DNA of 64,000 nucleotides. It comes from Crocinitomicaceae bacterium. GTDB lineage: Bacteria > Bacteroidota > Bacteroidia > Flavobacteriales_D > Crocinitomicaceae. Positions 49,083 through 57,767 of this stretch are shown here, in pieces. Every line of letters starts with the position of its first letter. Position 1 is the stretch's first letter. Under the pieces are notes generated by a model. It did no database searches, had not been told where the DNA came from, and worked only from the letters and a program-made list of their open reading frames with translations. The stretch lies in contig JAGNZC010000007.1 of assembly GCA_017984635.1 (NCBI GenBank), forward strand, positions 6,102 to 70,101. The letters run 5' to 3'. A program made the position numbers and the translations under genes.

Positions 49083-50576
49083 TTAATGAAACCCACCAAC
49101 GCCGCGGTACAACTTCAAGGGTGATTTTAATTTTACTTTTACCACACTAATTTCTGGATCTAAAGCTGAAGAAGGTACGTCGATATAAACCGTTCCTGGC
49201 ACGTAACTCCAATCTATTTTTCCTACAATTTTGTATGGTATTTTTTCGGAAGACCCTATGATTTCTATAGATTCAATTGCATTCATCAACCCCTTTAATT
49301 GCAGTCTGATTTTAGGTGTGTCATAGATAATAATAGCTTCCTTTTTTAGTTCTTTCAATTCTGCTTCTGTAATATATTTATCCGTTGTATCTGAATCTTT
49401 TGAAATTGAAGTAGAAATTGAAGTCAAAAATAAATACAAGGAGGTCGAATCTTTTGAAAGGGTACTTGGGCCATGAAAATGTCCATAAGGTAAACCGGCT
49501 CTTGTTCCGAAAATAGCCTCTTTATGTTTATTCGTCCAACGTCCGATTTCCTTCAATAGGCTTGTTTGTTCTTCTGGAATTGTTCCGTCTTCTTTTGGAC
49601 CTATATCCAACAATAAATTGCCTCCAGAACCTATGCATTCAGTGAAAATTTGTAATACCTCATTACACGTTTTCATGTTTTTATCAGATGGTCGATACCC
49701 CCAATTATCATTACTTGTTAGACACAATTCCCACACTTTAGATTTGGGTCTAACTACTGGCATGTTTTGCTCAGGCGTATCGTAATCACCAAATGATTTT
49801 AATCGACCATTGATGATTGCATTTGGGTTAGTATTCGTAATCAATTGCTGAATTTTAGGGGCTTTCCATTCTGCTTCTGTATGCTCCCAATCTCCATCAA
49901 ACCAATATAAATCTGGTGTAAACGTTGTATTGATTTCAGTAATTTGATGGTGCATAAATGTTAAAAAACGATTCCAACGAATCGTGTCATCCGCAATTTT
50001 ATATCGACTTTGATCTTTGAAAAAACCATTGTAATCGTTGTGTGACCAATCCAATAGTGAATAATAGGCGCCAAACTTAATGTTTTCAGTTCTTAATGCT
50101 TCTACCAAAGGAGAAATCAAATCTCTTTGTGCTGGTGTTTGATAGATGGTACTTAACGGTTTTTTTACATTCCAGAGTGGTGTATGATTCTTTAAAATCT
50201 CCTCTTTAGATAAAGAATAGGTTGTGTTGGGCGTTACTTGTTTTGTATCCCAAAGAGCAACTCCGTCGTGATGTTGGGTCGTCATTACACAATAATTAGC
50301 TCCTGATTCTTTGATTAATTTCGCCCATTGAGTTGGTTGGTAATTTTTTGCAGTAAATCCTTTTAATTGAGACATATAAAAAGGATAGGTTGTCGTTCGA
50401 TTATGAAAACTCCAACTCTCGGAAGTCCCTTCAACTGCGTAAATTCCCCAGTGAATAAAAATTCCCAACTTTGCATCTGCAAACCAAGTTAGTTTTTCTG
50501 GAATTGAATCTTGTTGAGACTTAACACCAAAAGTTGCCAACAAACAAACAAAAAATAGAAGTGCTTTTGTATTCAT
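49083..50576 (-). CDS. alpha-L-fucosidase, GH29 family (497 aa from ATG)
   Basis: The ATG at 50576 gives the signal peptide MNTKALLFFVCLLATFGVKSQ (track TTG at 50591). GH29 motifs WFADAKLGIFIHWG, TTQHHDGVALWDT and DLYWFDGDW, plus a C-terminal beta-sandwich region. Confidence 0.85.
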   Translation of the reverse strand: MNTKALLFFVCLLATFGVKSQQDSIPEKLTWFADAKLGIFIHWGIYAVEGTSESWSFHNRTTTYPFYMSQLKGFTAKNYQPTQWAKLIKESGANYCVMTTQHHDGVALWDTKQVTPNTTYSLSKEEILKNHTPLWNVKKPLSTIYQTPAQRDLISPLVEALRTENIKFGAYYSLLDWSHNDYNGFFKDQSRYKIADDTIRWNRFLTFMHHQITEINTTFTPDLYWFDGDWEHTEAEWKAPKIQQLITNTNPNAIINGRLKSFGDYDTPEQNMPVVRPKSKVWELCLTSNDNWGYRPSDKNMKTCNEVLQIFTECIGSGGNLLLDIGPKEDGTIPEEQTSLLKEIGRWTNKHKEAIFGTRAGLPYGHFHGPSTLSKDSTSLYLFLTSISTSISKDSDTTDKYITEAELKELKKEAIIIYDTPKIRLQLKGLMNAIESIEIIGSSEKIPYKIVGKIDWSYVPGTVYIDVPSSALDPEISVVKVKLKSPLKLYRGVGGFH

Positions 50577-50599
50577 ACTTCGAAAGTACAAATTTTTAC

Positions 50600-50630
50600 A
50601 ACAAAAAAAGGTGATTTCTCAATCACCTTT
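50600..50630 (-). terminator. rho-independent terminator after the OmpA-family gene
   Basis: Reverse strand: AAAGGTGATT, loop GAGA, AATCACCTTT, then TTTTTTGTTG. It begins about 20 nt after the stop at 50650. Confidence 0.6.
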
Positions 50631-50649
50631 TCCTATTTTTTAACGCTTT

Positions 50650-52830
50650 TTATTCCTCTGTTGTTGGTAATAATAATTTCAACTCTGTTCTACGATTTTG
50701 TTGGTGTTCAACTTCCGTACAAGGAACATCATCCGCACATTTATTCACGAGTTGAGACTCTCCATATCCCATAGCAATGATTCTTGTTGATTCAATTCCT
50801 TTACTAATAATGTATTCAACACAACTTTTTGAACGATTATTTGATAAATCCAAATTGTAAATAGCAACTCCTCTACTGTCCGTATGTGAAGAAAGTTCTA
50901 CACGTATATCAGGACGTTCTTTCATGTAACGTACTAGTTTATCTAATTCCAATTTACTTTCTGGACGCAATTCAAATTTATTGTATGCATACAATATTAA
51001 ATCTAAGTTGATAAAATCTTTGCGTTGAATTGGCGTCATCTTTACAGGAACAGAAATTGTATCAATGCAGCCACTTGTTTCTGTTGAAGGCATTTTAACC
51101 ATCGGTAAATCTTGATAATTGATCAAATTAGCAGAATAAGATTCTACTTTATTTACTCCTTGATTTACCCATGTATAGGTTCCATCTTTTGCCGTAATTT
51201 TTTTAATTGTTTTCCCATTTTTTAATTTAAGATTTAACATAACGCCTCCTAATGGTTTGTCTTTTAAATCTTTTACGCGAATAGTAGTAACCGTTTCTTT
51301 AAATCCTAATTGTAAGGTTTTTGTGAATTTCCCGTCTTCTTTTGCTTCAAAATAAATTGAATCTGCACCAAACAATGCATTTCCTTGGAAAACAATGTTG
51401 TAATTGTGCTCAAATTTTGGTTTAAACCCATACTCACCCGCTTCATTTGTACGTTGAACAAAAGAGGCTTTTGAAGTTAAATCACGAATCAATACAGAAT
51501 AAGAACGAAGTGCCTTACCATTACAATTTTGTAATTTTACTAGTAAATCAATATTAACAACAGGCTTAGAAATAGTATATATTTGATCTTTCCAATTATT
51601 TCTGTTGGAAGATAAAAACCCTTTTCCAGTTTCTTCATTCACATTAAAACCAAAATCATCTGCTGGTGAATTAATTGGCGTACCTAAATGGATTGGGTTT
51701 TGATTCAAATTTTCAGTGTAGAAAACATCTAATCCTCCCATCCCAGGCCATCCATTTGACGAAAAATACAAAACACCAGTAGAGGATACATAAGGAAACA
51801 ATTCATCTTTATTGGTATTCACAGATGGTCCTAAATTCTCTGGAGCAGTCCATTCACCATCAATAAATGTTGTTTTATACAAGTCTACACCTCCAAATCC
51901 TCCAGGTCGATCTGAAGCAAATATAATAGCTCCACTGCTATCTTCCACTGCATGACCTGTTGAATACTTTTCTGAGTTAAATGGAAAAATATCTTTTTCA
52001 ATCCAACCTGCTTGGCGTTTTACATACATTTTTAATTGTAAACGCGAAAAAGAAACAGCATTCACCTTGTCTTCAACAGTTTGATTAGTAGTGATATAAG
52101 CTCTAGTTAAATCAGATGAAAATGAAATGGGGCCATCATGAGGATTCGTACGTTTGATACCATCCCAAGAAACATCTTTAAACAAAGAAGTCTTTTTCTT
52201 AGACAATTCATTTTCGTAATTTTCTAAGTTTTCAATGTAAATTAAATCTGTAAAATATTGGCCAGTTCTGCCATAAAAACGATTAGCAAATCCATTGTCA
52301 AATTGATTCGACACATAGATTAAACCTTTTCTAAATGGATAGGCAGCAAATTCTTCACCACTTTTGTTTTTACTAAATAGTTCAACTTTATATTCACTCG
52401 TTTCATTCAATTGTTGAATTATAATTGGTGCATTTTTTTTCCATGCGACAAGACTGGTACTATTTGGGAATTTCAACAATGCATTATCAATGAACGAAAT
52501 CAGTTGACTATGTTGATTTAAAAGACAGCTCAATTCAATTGATTGCAAGTAATCTTCTTCTGTTCCTTGTTGATTATCAAGTAACTGATTGTTCCATTTT
52601 ACAGCTTCTTCAAAATGTTCACTTTGTCGGGCTGCTTCAACAGTCTTTCTTAAGTAATCCCAATTTCCTTTCTTTTTTTCAAGAAATTCAGTTGACAATT
52701 CCACCCAAACAGGGTAAGCTTCTACAAAATTTAATCGAGCAGAAAGATCTGATGCGTAGTTGGCTTTGTAACTCTGACTATTTGCAGAGAACACAACTAA
52801 TAGTGCTATAATGGATAAATAACGTTTCAT
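50650..52830 (-). CDS. OmpA family protein with TPR-like and PD40/beta-propeller regions
   Basis: 726 aa with a signal peptide. The C-terminal OmpA peptidoglycan-binding domain reads FELRPES...LSSHTDSRG...YNLDLSNNRSKS...NRRTELKLL. The middle has PD40-like repeats (..FASDRPGGFGGVDLY.., ..YFSSNGWPGMGGLDVFY..). Confidence 0.85.
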   Translation of the reverse strand: MKRYLSIIALLVVFSANSQSYKANYASDLSARLNFVEAYPVWVELSTEFLEKKKGNWDYLRKTVEAARQSEHFEEAVKWNNQLLDNQQGTEEDYLQSIELSCLLNQHSQLISFIDNALLKFPNSTSLVAWKKNAPIIIQQLNETSEYKVELFSKNKSGEEFAAYPFRKGLIYVSNQFDNGFANRFYGRTGQYFTDLIYIENLENYENELSKKKTSLFKDVSWDGIKRTNPHDGPISFSSDLTRAYITTNQTVEDKVNAVSFSRLQLKMYVKRQAGWIEKDIFPFNSEKYSTGHAVEDSSGAIIFASDRPGGFGGVDLYKTTFIDGEWTAPENLGPSVNTNKDELFPYVSSTGVLYFSSNGWPGMGGLDVFYTENLNQNPIHLGTPINSPADDFGFNVNEETGKGFLSSNRNNWKDQIYTISKPVVNIDLLVKLQNCNGKALRSYSVLIRDLTSKASFVQRTNEAGEYGFKPKFEHNYNIVFQGNALFGADSIYFEAKEDGKFTKTLQLGFKETVTTIRVKDLKDKPLGGVMLNLKLKNGKTIKKITAKDGTYTWVNQGVNKVESYSANLINYQDLPMVKMPSTETSGCIDTISVPVKMTPIQRKDFINLDLILYAYNKFELRPESKLELDKLVRYMKERPDIRVELSSHTDSRGVAIYNLDLSNNRSKSCVEYIISKGIESTRIIAMGYGESQLVNKCADDVPCTEVEHQQNRRTELKLLLPTTEE

Positions 52831-52858
52831 TTGAATGTGATTTAGTTGCTTCTATTTT

Positions 52859-53764
52859 TTAAAAATAACGTGGACTAATAAATGTGCTTTTGCTGTTTTT
52901 GAAATCAAAAATTAAAGCAAACTCATGACTTCCCCATTGATTCATAATTAATTGATTGACTGGGAAATCGTAAGAATATCCAAGCATTATTGATGGAATC
53001 AATTGTATACCTAAATTTACGCCAACAGACTCATTCATTCGGTACATAACTCCTGTCCAGAATTTTTTGTAAAAGAAAGCTGAAACATTGATATCAGCTG
53101 TAATTGGTGAATTTTCAGTGTAACGAACCAACACAGAAGGTTTTAAATCAATAACGCTATTCATTGGATGAACATATCCTAAAGCTAAAAATAAGTGTTG
53201 TTGAGAAAATGATTTTCCAGTATTATTATCAATTGATTTTTTTAATAAATGTGGCGATGATAAACCTGCATAAAATCGTTTGTTGTACAAATACAATCCA
53301 AATCCAAAATTAGGTGTAATGCTAGAATAATTGTTGGTAATGTTCGGATCTGTTGGGTCTATGACCGATAAATCATTGAAATTATATTGATTTTGATACA
53401 ATCCGGCAGATGCACCAAAGGAAAGTTTTAAATTATTTTTATTCAACTGAAGGTGATAAGCAAAATGTGCATTTGCATTAAACGTAGAACGTGAACCAAT
53501 TTTATCGTAACTAACATTCGCCCCTACTCCAATTCGTTTTCGTGCTATGGGTGCATGAATCGAAACAAATTGTGTTGAAGGTGCTCCTTCAAAACCAACC
53601 CATTGTTTACGTGAAACTGCATTTACACTGAAACTTTCTCTACTCCCAGCATAACCGGAATTAAACTGTAAGGGGTTAAAGAAATACATAGAAGCCATTG
53701 GGTCCTGCTGAGCAAAACCTAGTGAACTCACTAGTAAAAATAGAAGAATAATACTTTTTTTCAT
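52859..53764 (-). CDS. PorP/SprF family type IX secretion system membrane protein
   Basis: 301 aa. A signal peptide is followed by QQDPMASMYFFNPLQFNSGYAGSRE...RKQWVGFEGAP, the family's N-terminal signature. Beta-barrel-like, and ends in F. Confidence 0.85.
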   Translation of the reverse strand: MKKSIILLFLLVSSLGFAQQDPMASMYFFNPLQFNSGYAGSRESFSVNAVSRKQWVGFEGAPSTQFVSIHAPIARKRIGVGANVSYDKIGSRSTFNANAHFAYHLQLNKNNLKLSFGASAGLYQNQYNFNDLSVIDPTDPNITNNYSSITPNFGFGLYLYNKRFYAGLSSPHLLKKSIDNNTGKSFSQQHLFLALGYVHPMNSVIDLKPSVLVRYTENSPITADINVSAFFYKKFWTGVMYRMNESVGVNLGIQLIPSIMLGYSYDFPVNQLIMNQWGSHEFALIFDFKNSKSTFISPRYF

Positions 53765-53773
53765 TGCTAGAAA

Positions 53774-56700
53774 TTAATGTTGAATTTCAATGTATCCTTT
53801 GAATGGATCTTGTGATTTTTTCTTGGTGTCAATAATGTAAAAATAAGTTGCTGATGGAAGTGGTCCGACTACTGTTCCATTTTGCTGATAGGTTCCATCC
53901 CAATCATTATTATATGGTTCAGCTTCAAATACAACATTACCATATCTATTGAAAATTGTTACTTTATTATCTGGGTATTTATATAAGTTATTGATTACCC
54001 ATTTATCATTTTTACCATCATTATTTGGAGAAATAAATTGAGTTGGAAAAACAGGAATCAAAGGTACACAACCAATTGAATACGTTCCAGATATTGTACA
54101 ACCCAATGCATCTACATAATCTACCTGATATGTACCTGCATCCGCATTGATTAAAACACTACCAGTTGTTCCAAATGCTGGCCAACTATAAGTTCCTCCT
54201 CCATTACCTCCACTAACCAAAACACTTATTTGACCGTTTGCCTCACCGCATTCAGAATCAACAGAACCTGTCATTTGAATGTCTAAAGGTGCTGGATTGA
54301 TAAAAGTAACAGAAGTGTCTGCTTGACAATTATCTTCATTCGTAACGATAACTGAATACGTTCCAGCTGATAAATTTAATGCTACATTAGATGTTGAAAT
54401 TGAAGGAGTCCATGCAAAATCTAAGTTGGCTAAGGTATTATCTGTATTGACAATAATTGATGCATTAGAACCATTATTACAGGTTACTGGTGAAATATTT
54501 AATGATGTGATTGATAATTGGGTTGGAGCATCAACAACAATAGAACCAGAACCACTACAACCTGTAGCTGGATCTGTTAATGAAACAGTATAAGTTCCTG
54601 CAGCTCCAATTGTTGGTGTTAACGTTGTTCCACCACTTGTAATTGAAGGCCCAGTCCAACTAACAGTTGTTGTAGAAGGAGAAACAACTCCATTAATTTG
54701 ACAAGCAGTATTGATACAATCTAATCCAGTAGTAGGATTTAAAACTAATTGAATTGATGGGGTTGTATTAATAACTACATTAAAGGTGTCTTTTACACTT
54801 GGACATCCATTCAATTCTGCTGCAACAATTACAGTTCCATTGATTGCATTTCCAGAAGTATTTGTAGGTGCATTCCATTGATTTATTTGACCTGTTCCAC
54901 TCGCTGCAATTCCAATGGAAGTATTAGAATTTGTCCATGTTAGTGAAGCTCCAGATGGAGTTGAAGAATAATTGGATGGAGAAATTAATCCACCTGAACA
55001 TACAGCAATATCAACATTTGAATTAATGGTTAATGGAGGTTGTACGTTCATAACGGCTGTAACTGTTGCACCTGGACAAGATACATTTCCAATTGAAATA
55101 ACATAATTCATTGCTTGTGTTGAAGTTCCAGTATTTGTCAATGTTTGAGTTATGGCGGTTCCTGAACCATTAGATTCTCCTCCAATTGAAGCAGCTCCTG
55201 ACGCTGTCCATGAGAAGGTTGCACCAGCGACGTTACTAGTCATTGTGATACCAGTTGTTTCTCCACTACATAATAAATCAGTTATTGGATTTGCTGTAAT
55301 TGTTGCTTGGGGATTGACATAAATTGTATATATCACTGGTGCTTGAGAAGAGCACCCAACAGATACACTTATTTCTACTACACCTTGTTGATTATTTAAA
55401 GCGTTCAAGGTTAATCCATTAAATTGTAATGGGCTAGTTCCTGAACCAGTCATCGTGCTTACACCAGAAACATTTGAAGTATCTGTAATATTCCAAGTTA
55501 TTGTGTAACCTGGTTGTGATGAATTTATTGTAAACGGTGCAGATGTAGCTCCACTACAAATAGATTGTGTTGATCCAGTCAAACTTACTGTTGCAGTAGG
55601 TTTTATTACTACAGTTTTCATAATTGAATCTATACCACAAAAATTTGCCGTATAAATCCAAACGTTGTATGTGCCAGGAGTTGAAAAAGTTACTTCTAAA
55701 TCTTCTGAACCATTTGTCCATAATGAATAATTGTAGTTTGTACCAACAAATCCATTATTTGATCCTAAAGTACCCGAAGTAATTGTATATCCTGAAGGCT
55801 GAACAATTTTCCAATAAAATGAATACGTTGTATCACATCCTGTAGCAGAAATATTCGCTCCAGATGTAGATTCATTTGAAAATGTCACTGGATCTAGGGC
55901 ACAACTTGGAGATGCAGGTGAATAAGAGAAATCTGCATAAGAACCATTTGAAATGGTGATAGGACCTATATTAAAGATCGTTGGGAAACCATTGGAAGAA
56001 CACAAATTCTGAGCAACAACTGTTGCAGAAAACGCATTTTGAATTGGAGGGAATAAAGGAGAATAAGTAAAATCAACTCCACACGATGAAAGTAAAAATG
56101 TATGAGTCACTGAAGTATCATTCAACGTTGTGAAATTCAAAGATGGCGTTCCATCCGAAAAATTCACCGTATAATTAATGGGTACATCATTCGCTAAAAT
56201 ATCTAAACTATATGGAGCTGGTGTACACGTTGATTGTGATGAACTTGCCACTGTTACAACCGGTGCATTCCCATTAAAAACAGTGTATGTCTTAGTTTTT
56301 GTACATCCAGTTGACAAAGTAACTGTATGAGTAAGTGTATACTGACCTACTGGATACGTATGAGAAATTTGTGTCCCTGTAAAGTTAGTTTGATTTGAAG
56401 TATTACCATCTCCCCAGTTAATGGATTGAGTGATTGATCCGTTGTAATTTGAATTGAATAAAAAAGGTAAACTTCCAGATGAACTACAATTTTTAAAGAC
56501 AGTAGCACCGCTCGTTGTTGATGTGCTGAATCCAGAACCGGTTGATAATAAGGTTAATAATGGATTCGGAGAAGCTAATACAGTAATCTGCATCGTTGCT
56601 GACGAAGCATTAGAACCATTGTTGTTATTAACTGTAAGAGATATGATTTGATTGGTAACAACCGTATTAAATACAACTGATTGTGAAGTTGTAGTTGCAG

Positions 56701-56941
56701 ATGTTGGTAAGGAACCAGGTCCGAAACTCCACGTATAACTTGCTCCACCCAAAGTACTTGTTGATGTGCTGGTAAAAACAACCGTTTGGCCTTGACACAC
56801 TGTCATTGAAGAACCACTGTGTGCTGGATTGGTAGAAAAACTAGCAACGGGAGTTTGAGCAAAAGAATTATGCGTTGAAGCAAAAAGGAAAAGCAACAAT
56901 GCAACAAATAATTTTGATTTTGTTTTGAAGGTAAATTCCAT
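53774..56941 (-). CDS. 1055-aa cell-surface protein with T9SS type-B C-terminal sorting domain (short paralog of the giant protein)
   Basis: Signal peptide MEFTFKTKSKLFVALLLFLFASTHNSFAQ and a head collinear with the giant protein head. One D-, one E- and one A-type Cys-pair module, then two SprB-type repeats (aa ~806-958, 54068-54526). The CTD reads FISPNNDGKNDKWVI...IFNRYGNVVFE...NNDWDG...ATYFYII (53777-54049). Confidence 0.9.
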   Translation of the reverse strand: MEFTFKTKSKLFVALLLFLFASTHNSFAQTPVASFSTNPAHSGSSMTVCQGQTVVFTSTSTSTLGGASYTWSFGPGSLPTSATTTSQSVVFNTVVTNQIISLTVNNNNGSNASSATMQITVLASPNPLLTLLSTGSGFSTSTTSGATVFKNCSSSGSLPFLFNSNYNGSITQSINWGDGNTSNQTNFTGTQISHTYPVGQYTLTHTVTLSTGCTKTKTYTVFNGNAPVVTVASSSQSTCTPAPYSLDILANDVPINYTVNFSDGTPSLNFTTLNDTSVTHTFLLSSCGVDFTYSPLFPPIQNAFSATVVAQNLCSSNGFPTIFNIGPITISNGSYADFSYSPASPSCALDPVTFSNESTSGANISATGCDTTYSFYWKIVQPSGYTITSGTLGSNNGFVGTNYNYSLWTNGSEDLEVTFSTPGTYNVWIYTANFCGIDSIMKTVVIKPTATVSLTGSTQSICSGATSAPFTINSSQPGYTITWNITDTSNVSGVSTMTGSGTSPLQFNGLTLNALNNQQGVVEISVSVGCSSQAPVIYTIYVNPQATITANPITDLLCSGETTGITMTSNVAGATFSWTASGAASIGGESNGSGTAITQTLTNTGTSTQAMNYVISIGNVSCPGATVTAVMNVQPPLTINSNVDIAVCSGGLISPSNYSSTPSGASLTWTNSNTSIGIAASGTGQINQWNAPTNTSGNAINGTVIVAAELNGCPSVKDTFNVVINTTPSIQLVLNPTTGLDCINTACQINGVVSPSTTTVSWTGPSITSGGTTLTPTIGAAGTYTVSLTDPATGCSGSGSIVVDAPTQLSITSLNISPVTCNNGSNASIIVNTDNTLANLDFAWTPSISTSNVALNLSAGTYSVIVTNEDNCQADTSVTFINPAPLDIQMTGSVDSECGEANGQISVLVSGGNGGGTYSWPAFGTTGSVLINADAGTYQVDYVDALGCTISGTYSIGCVPLIPVFPTQFISPNNDGKNDKWVINNLYKYPDNKVTIFNRYGNVVFEAEPYNNDWDGTYQQNGTVVGPLPSATYFYIIDTKKKSQDPFKGYIEIQH

Positions 56942-56985
56942 ACGTTTAAATTTTGTAAATTCTAGTCGAATTTCAAATTAAACGT

Positions 56986-56993
56986 CAAATATA
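56986..56993 (-). promoter_or_regulatory. candidate -7 promoter box (TATATTTG) for the 1055-aa gene
   Basis: Reverse strand TATATTTG, 44 nt upstream of the ATG at 56941. Confidence 0.35.
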
Positions 56994-57006
56994 AAGCAAA
57001 TTACTG

Positions 57007-57047
57007 CAAAAACAAAAAAGCATTCTAAATTAGGTAATTACAATGCT
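57007..57047 (-). terminator. possible terminator after phnA
   Basis: Reverse strand: AGCATT, an AT-rich partly paired 17 nt, AATGCT, then TTTTTTGTTTTT. The stem is weak. Confidence 0.4.
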
Positions 57048-57064
57048 AGAAAATGCGCTCTATT

Positions 57065-57646
57065 CTATGATTTTTTTACATATTCTGTAATAATCACAAT
57101 AGTTTGCCCATTTACTTTTCCTTCGATAAACGTTGGATTGGTATGATCCAATGATACGTTGCGAACAGCTGTTCCTCTTTTAGCAGTAAAACCACCACCT
57201 TTCACCGTCAAATCTTTGATTAAAACAACGGTGTCTCCTGCATTGATTCGAACGCCATTGCAATCTTTGTGGTATTCAACATCTTCATCACTTTCACCTT
57301 CACCTGTTGCTTTTGCCCAAGTCAAGGTATCGTCGTCAAGGTATAACATGTCCAGTAAATCTTGCGGCCAACCTTCTGTTTTTAAACGACTCAACATACG
57401 CCAAGCTATCACCTGAACAGCAGGTACTTCACTCCACATACTATCGTTTAAACAGCGCCAGTGGTTAGCATCCATATTATCTGGATTAGAAATCTGATCA
57501 TTACAAATAGAGCACACATGAACATAATCGTCTACTCTACCATTGTTCTGTATTGGTGCAACTTCTAGTGCGTTTAATTCATTGGTTGACCCACATAGTT
57601 CACAGGTGCCATTGCTTCTTGAACGGATTTCTTTTTCTATACTCAT
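57065..57646 (-). CDS. phnA: PhnA/YjdM family zinc-ribbon protein
   Basis: 193 aa. N-terminal Cys pairs (CELCGS ... CSICND) and the C-terminal PhnA domain (VVLIKDLTVKGGGFTAKRGTAVRNV...GKVNGQTIVIITEYVKK). Confidence 0.85.
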   Translation of the reverse strand: MSIEKEIRSRSNGTCELCGSTNELNALEVAPIQNNGRVDDYVHVCSICNDQISNPDNMDANHWRCLNDSMWSEVPAVQVIAWRMLSRLKTEGWPQDLLDMLYLDDDTLTWAKATGEGESDEDVEYHKDCNGVRINAGDTVVLIKDLTVKGGGFTAKRGTAVRNVSLDHTNPTFIEGKVNGQTIVIITEYVKKS

Positions 57647-57702
57647 AAGCGAAGGAACAACATTAAAATACTTTTTATTAAGGATTTCAGTTATTTCAAT
57701 TA

Positions 57703-57710
57703 CAAAAGTA
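57703..57710 (-). promoter_or_regulatory. candidate -7 promoter box (TACTTTTG) for phnA
   Basis: Reverse strand TACTTTTG, 56 nt upstream of the ATG at 57646. Confidence 0.3.
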
Positions 57711-57767
57711 ATAAAATTGCCAAGAAGTTAAAATCAAATTTTGAAAGGTACTAAAACTAAAGTAAAA

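Noticed and set aside
57065-57646. Phosphonate utilisation (phn) locus
   Set aside because: Only the small PhnA/YjdM zinc-ribbon protein is present. No C-P lyase or phosphonatase genes are nearby, and orphan phnA genes are common.
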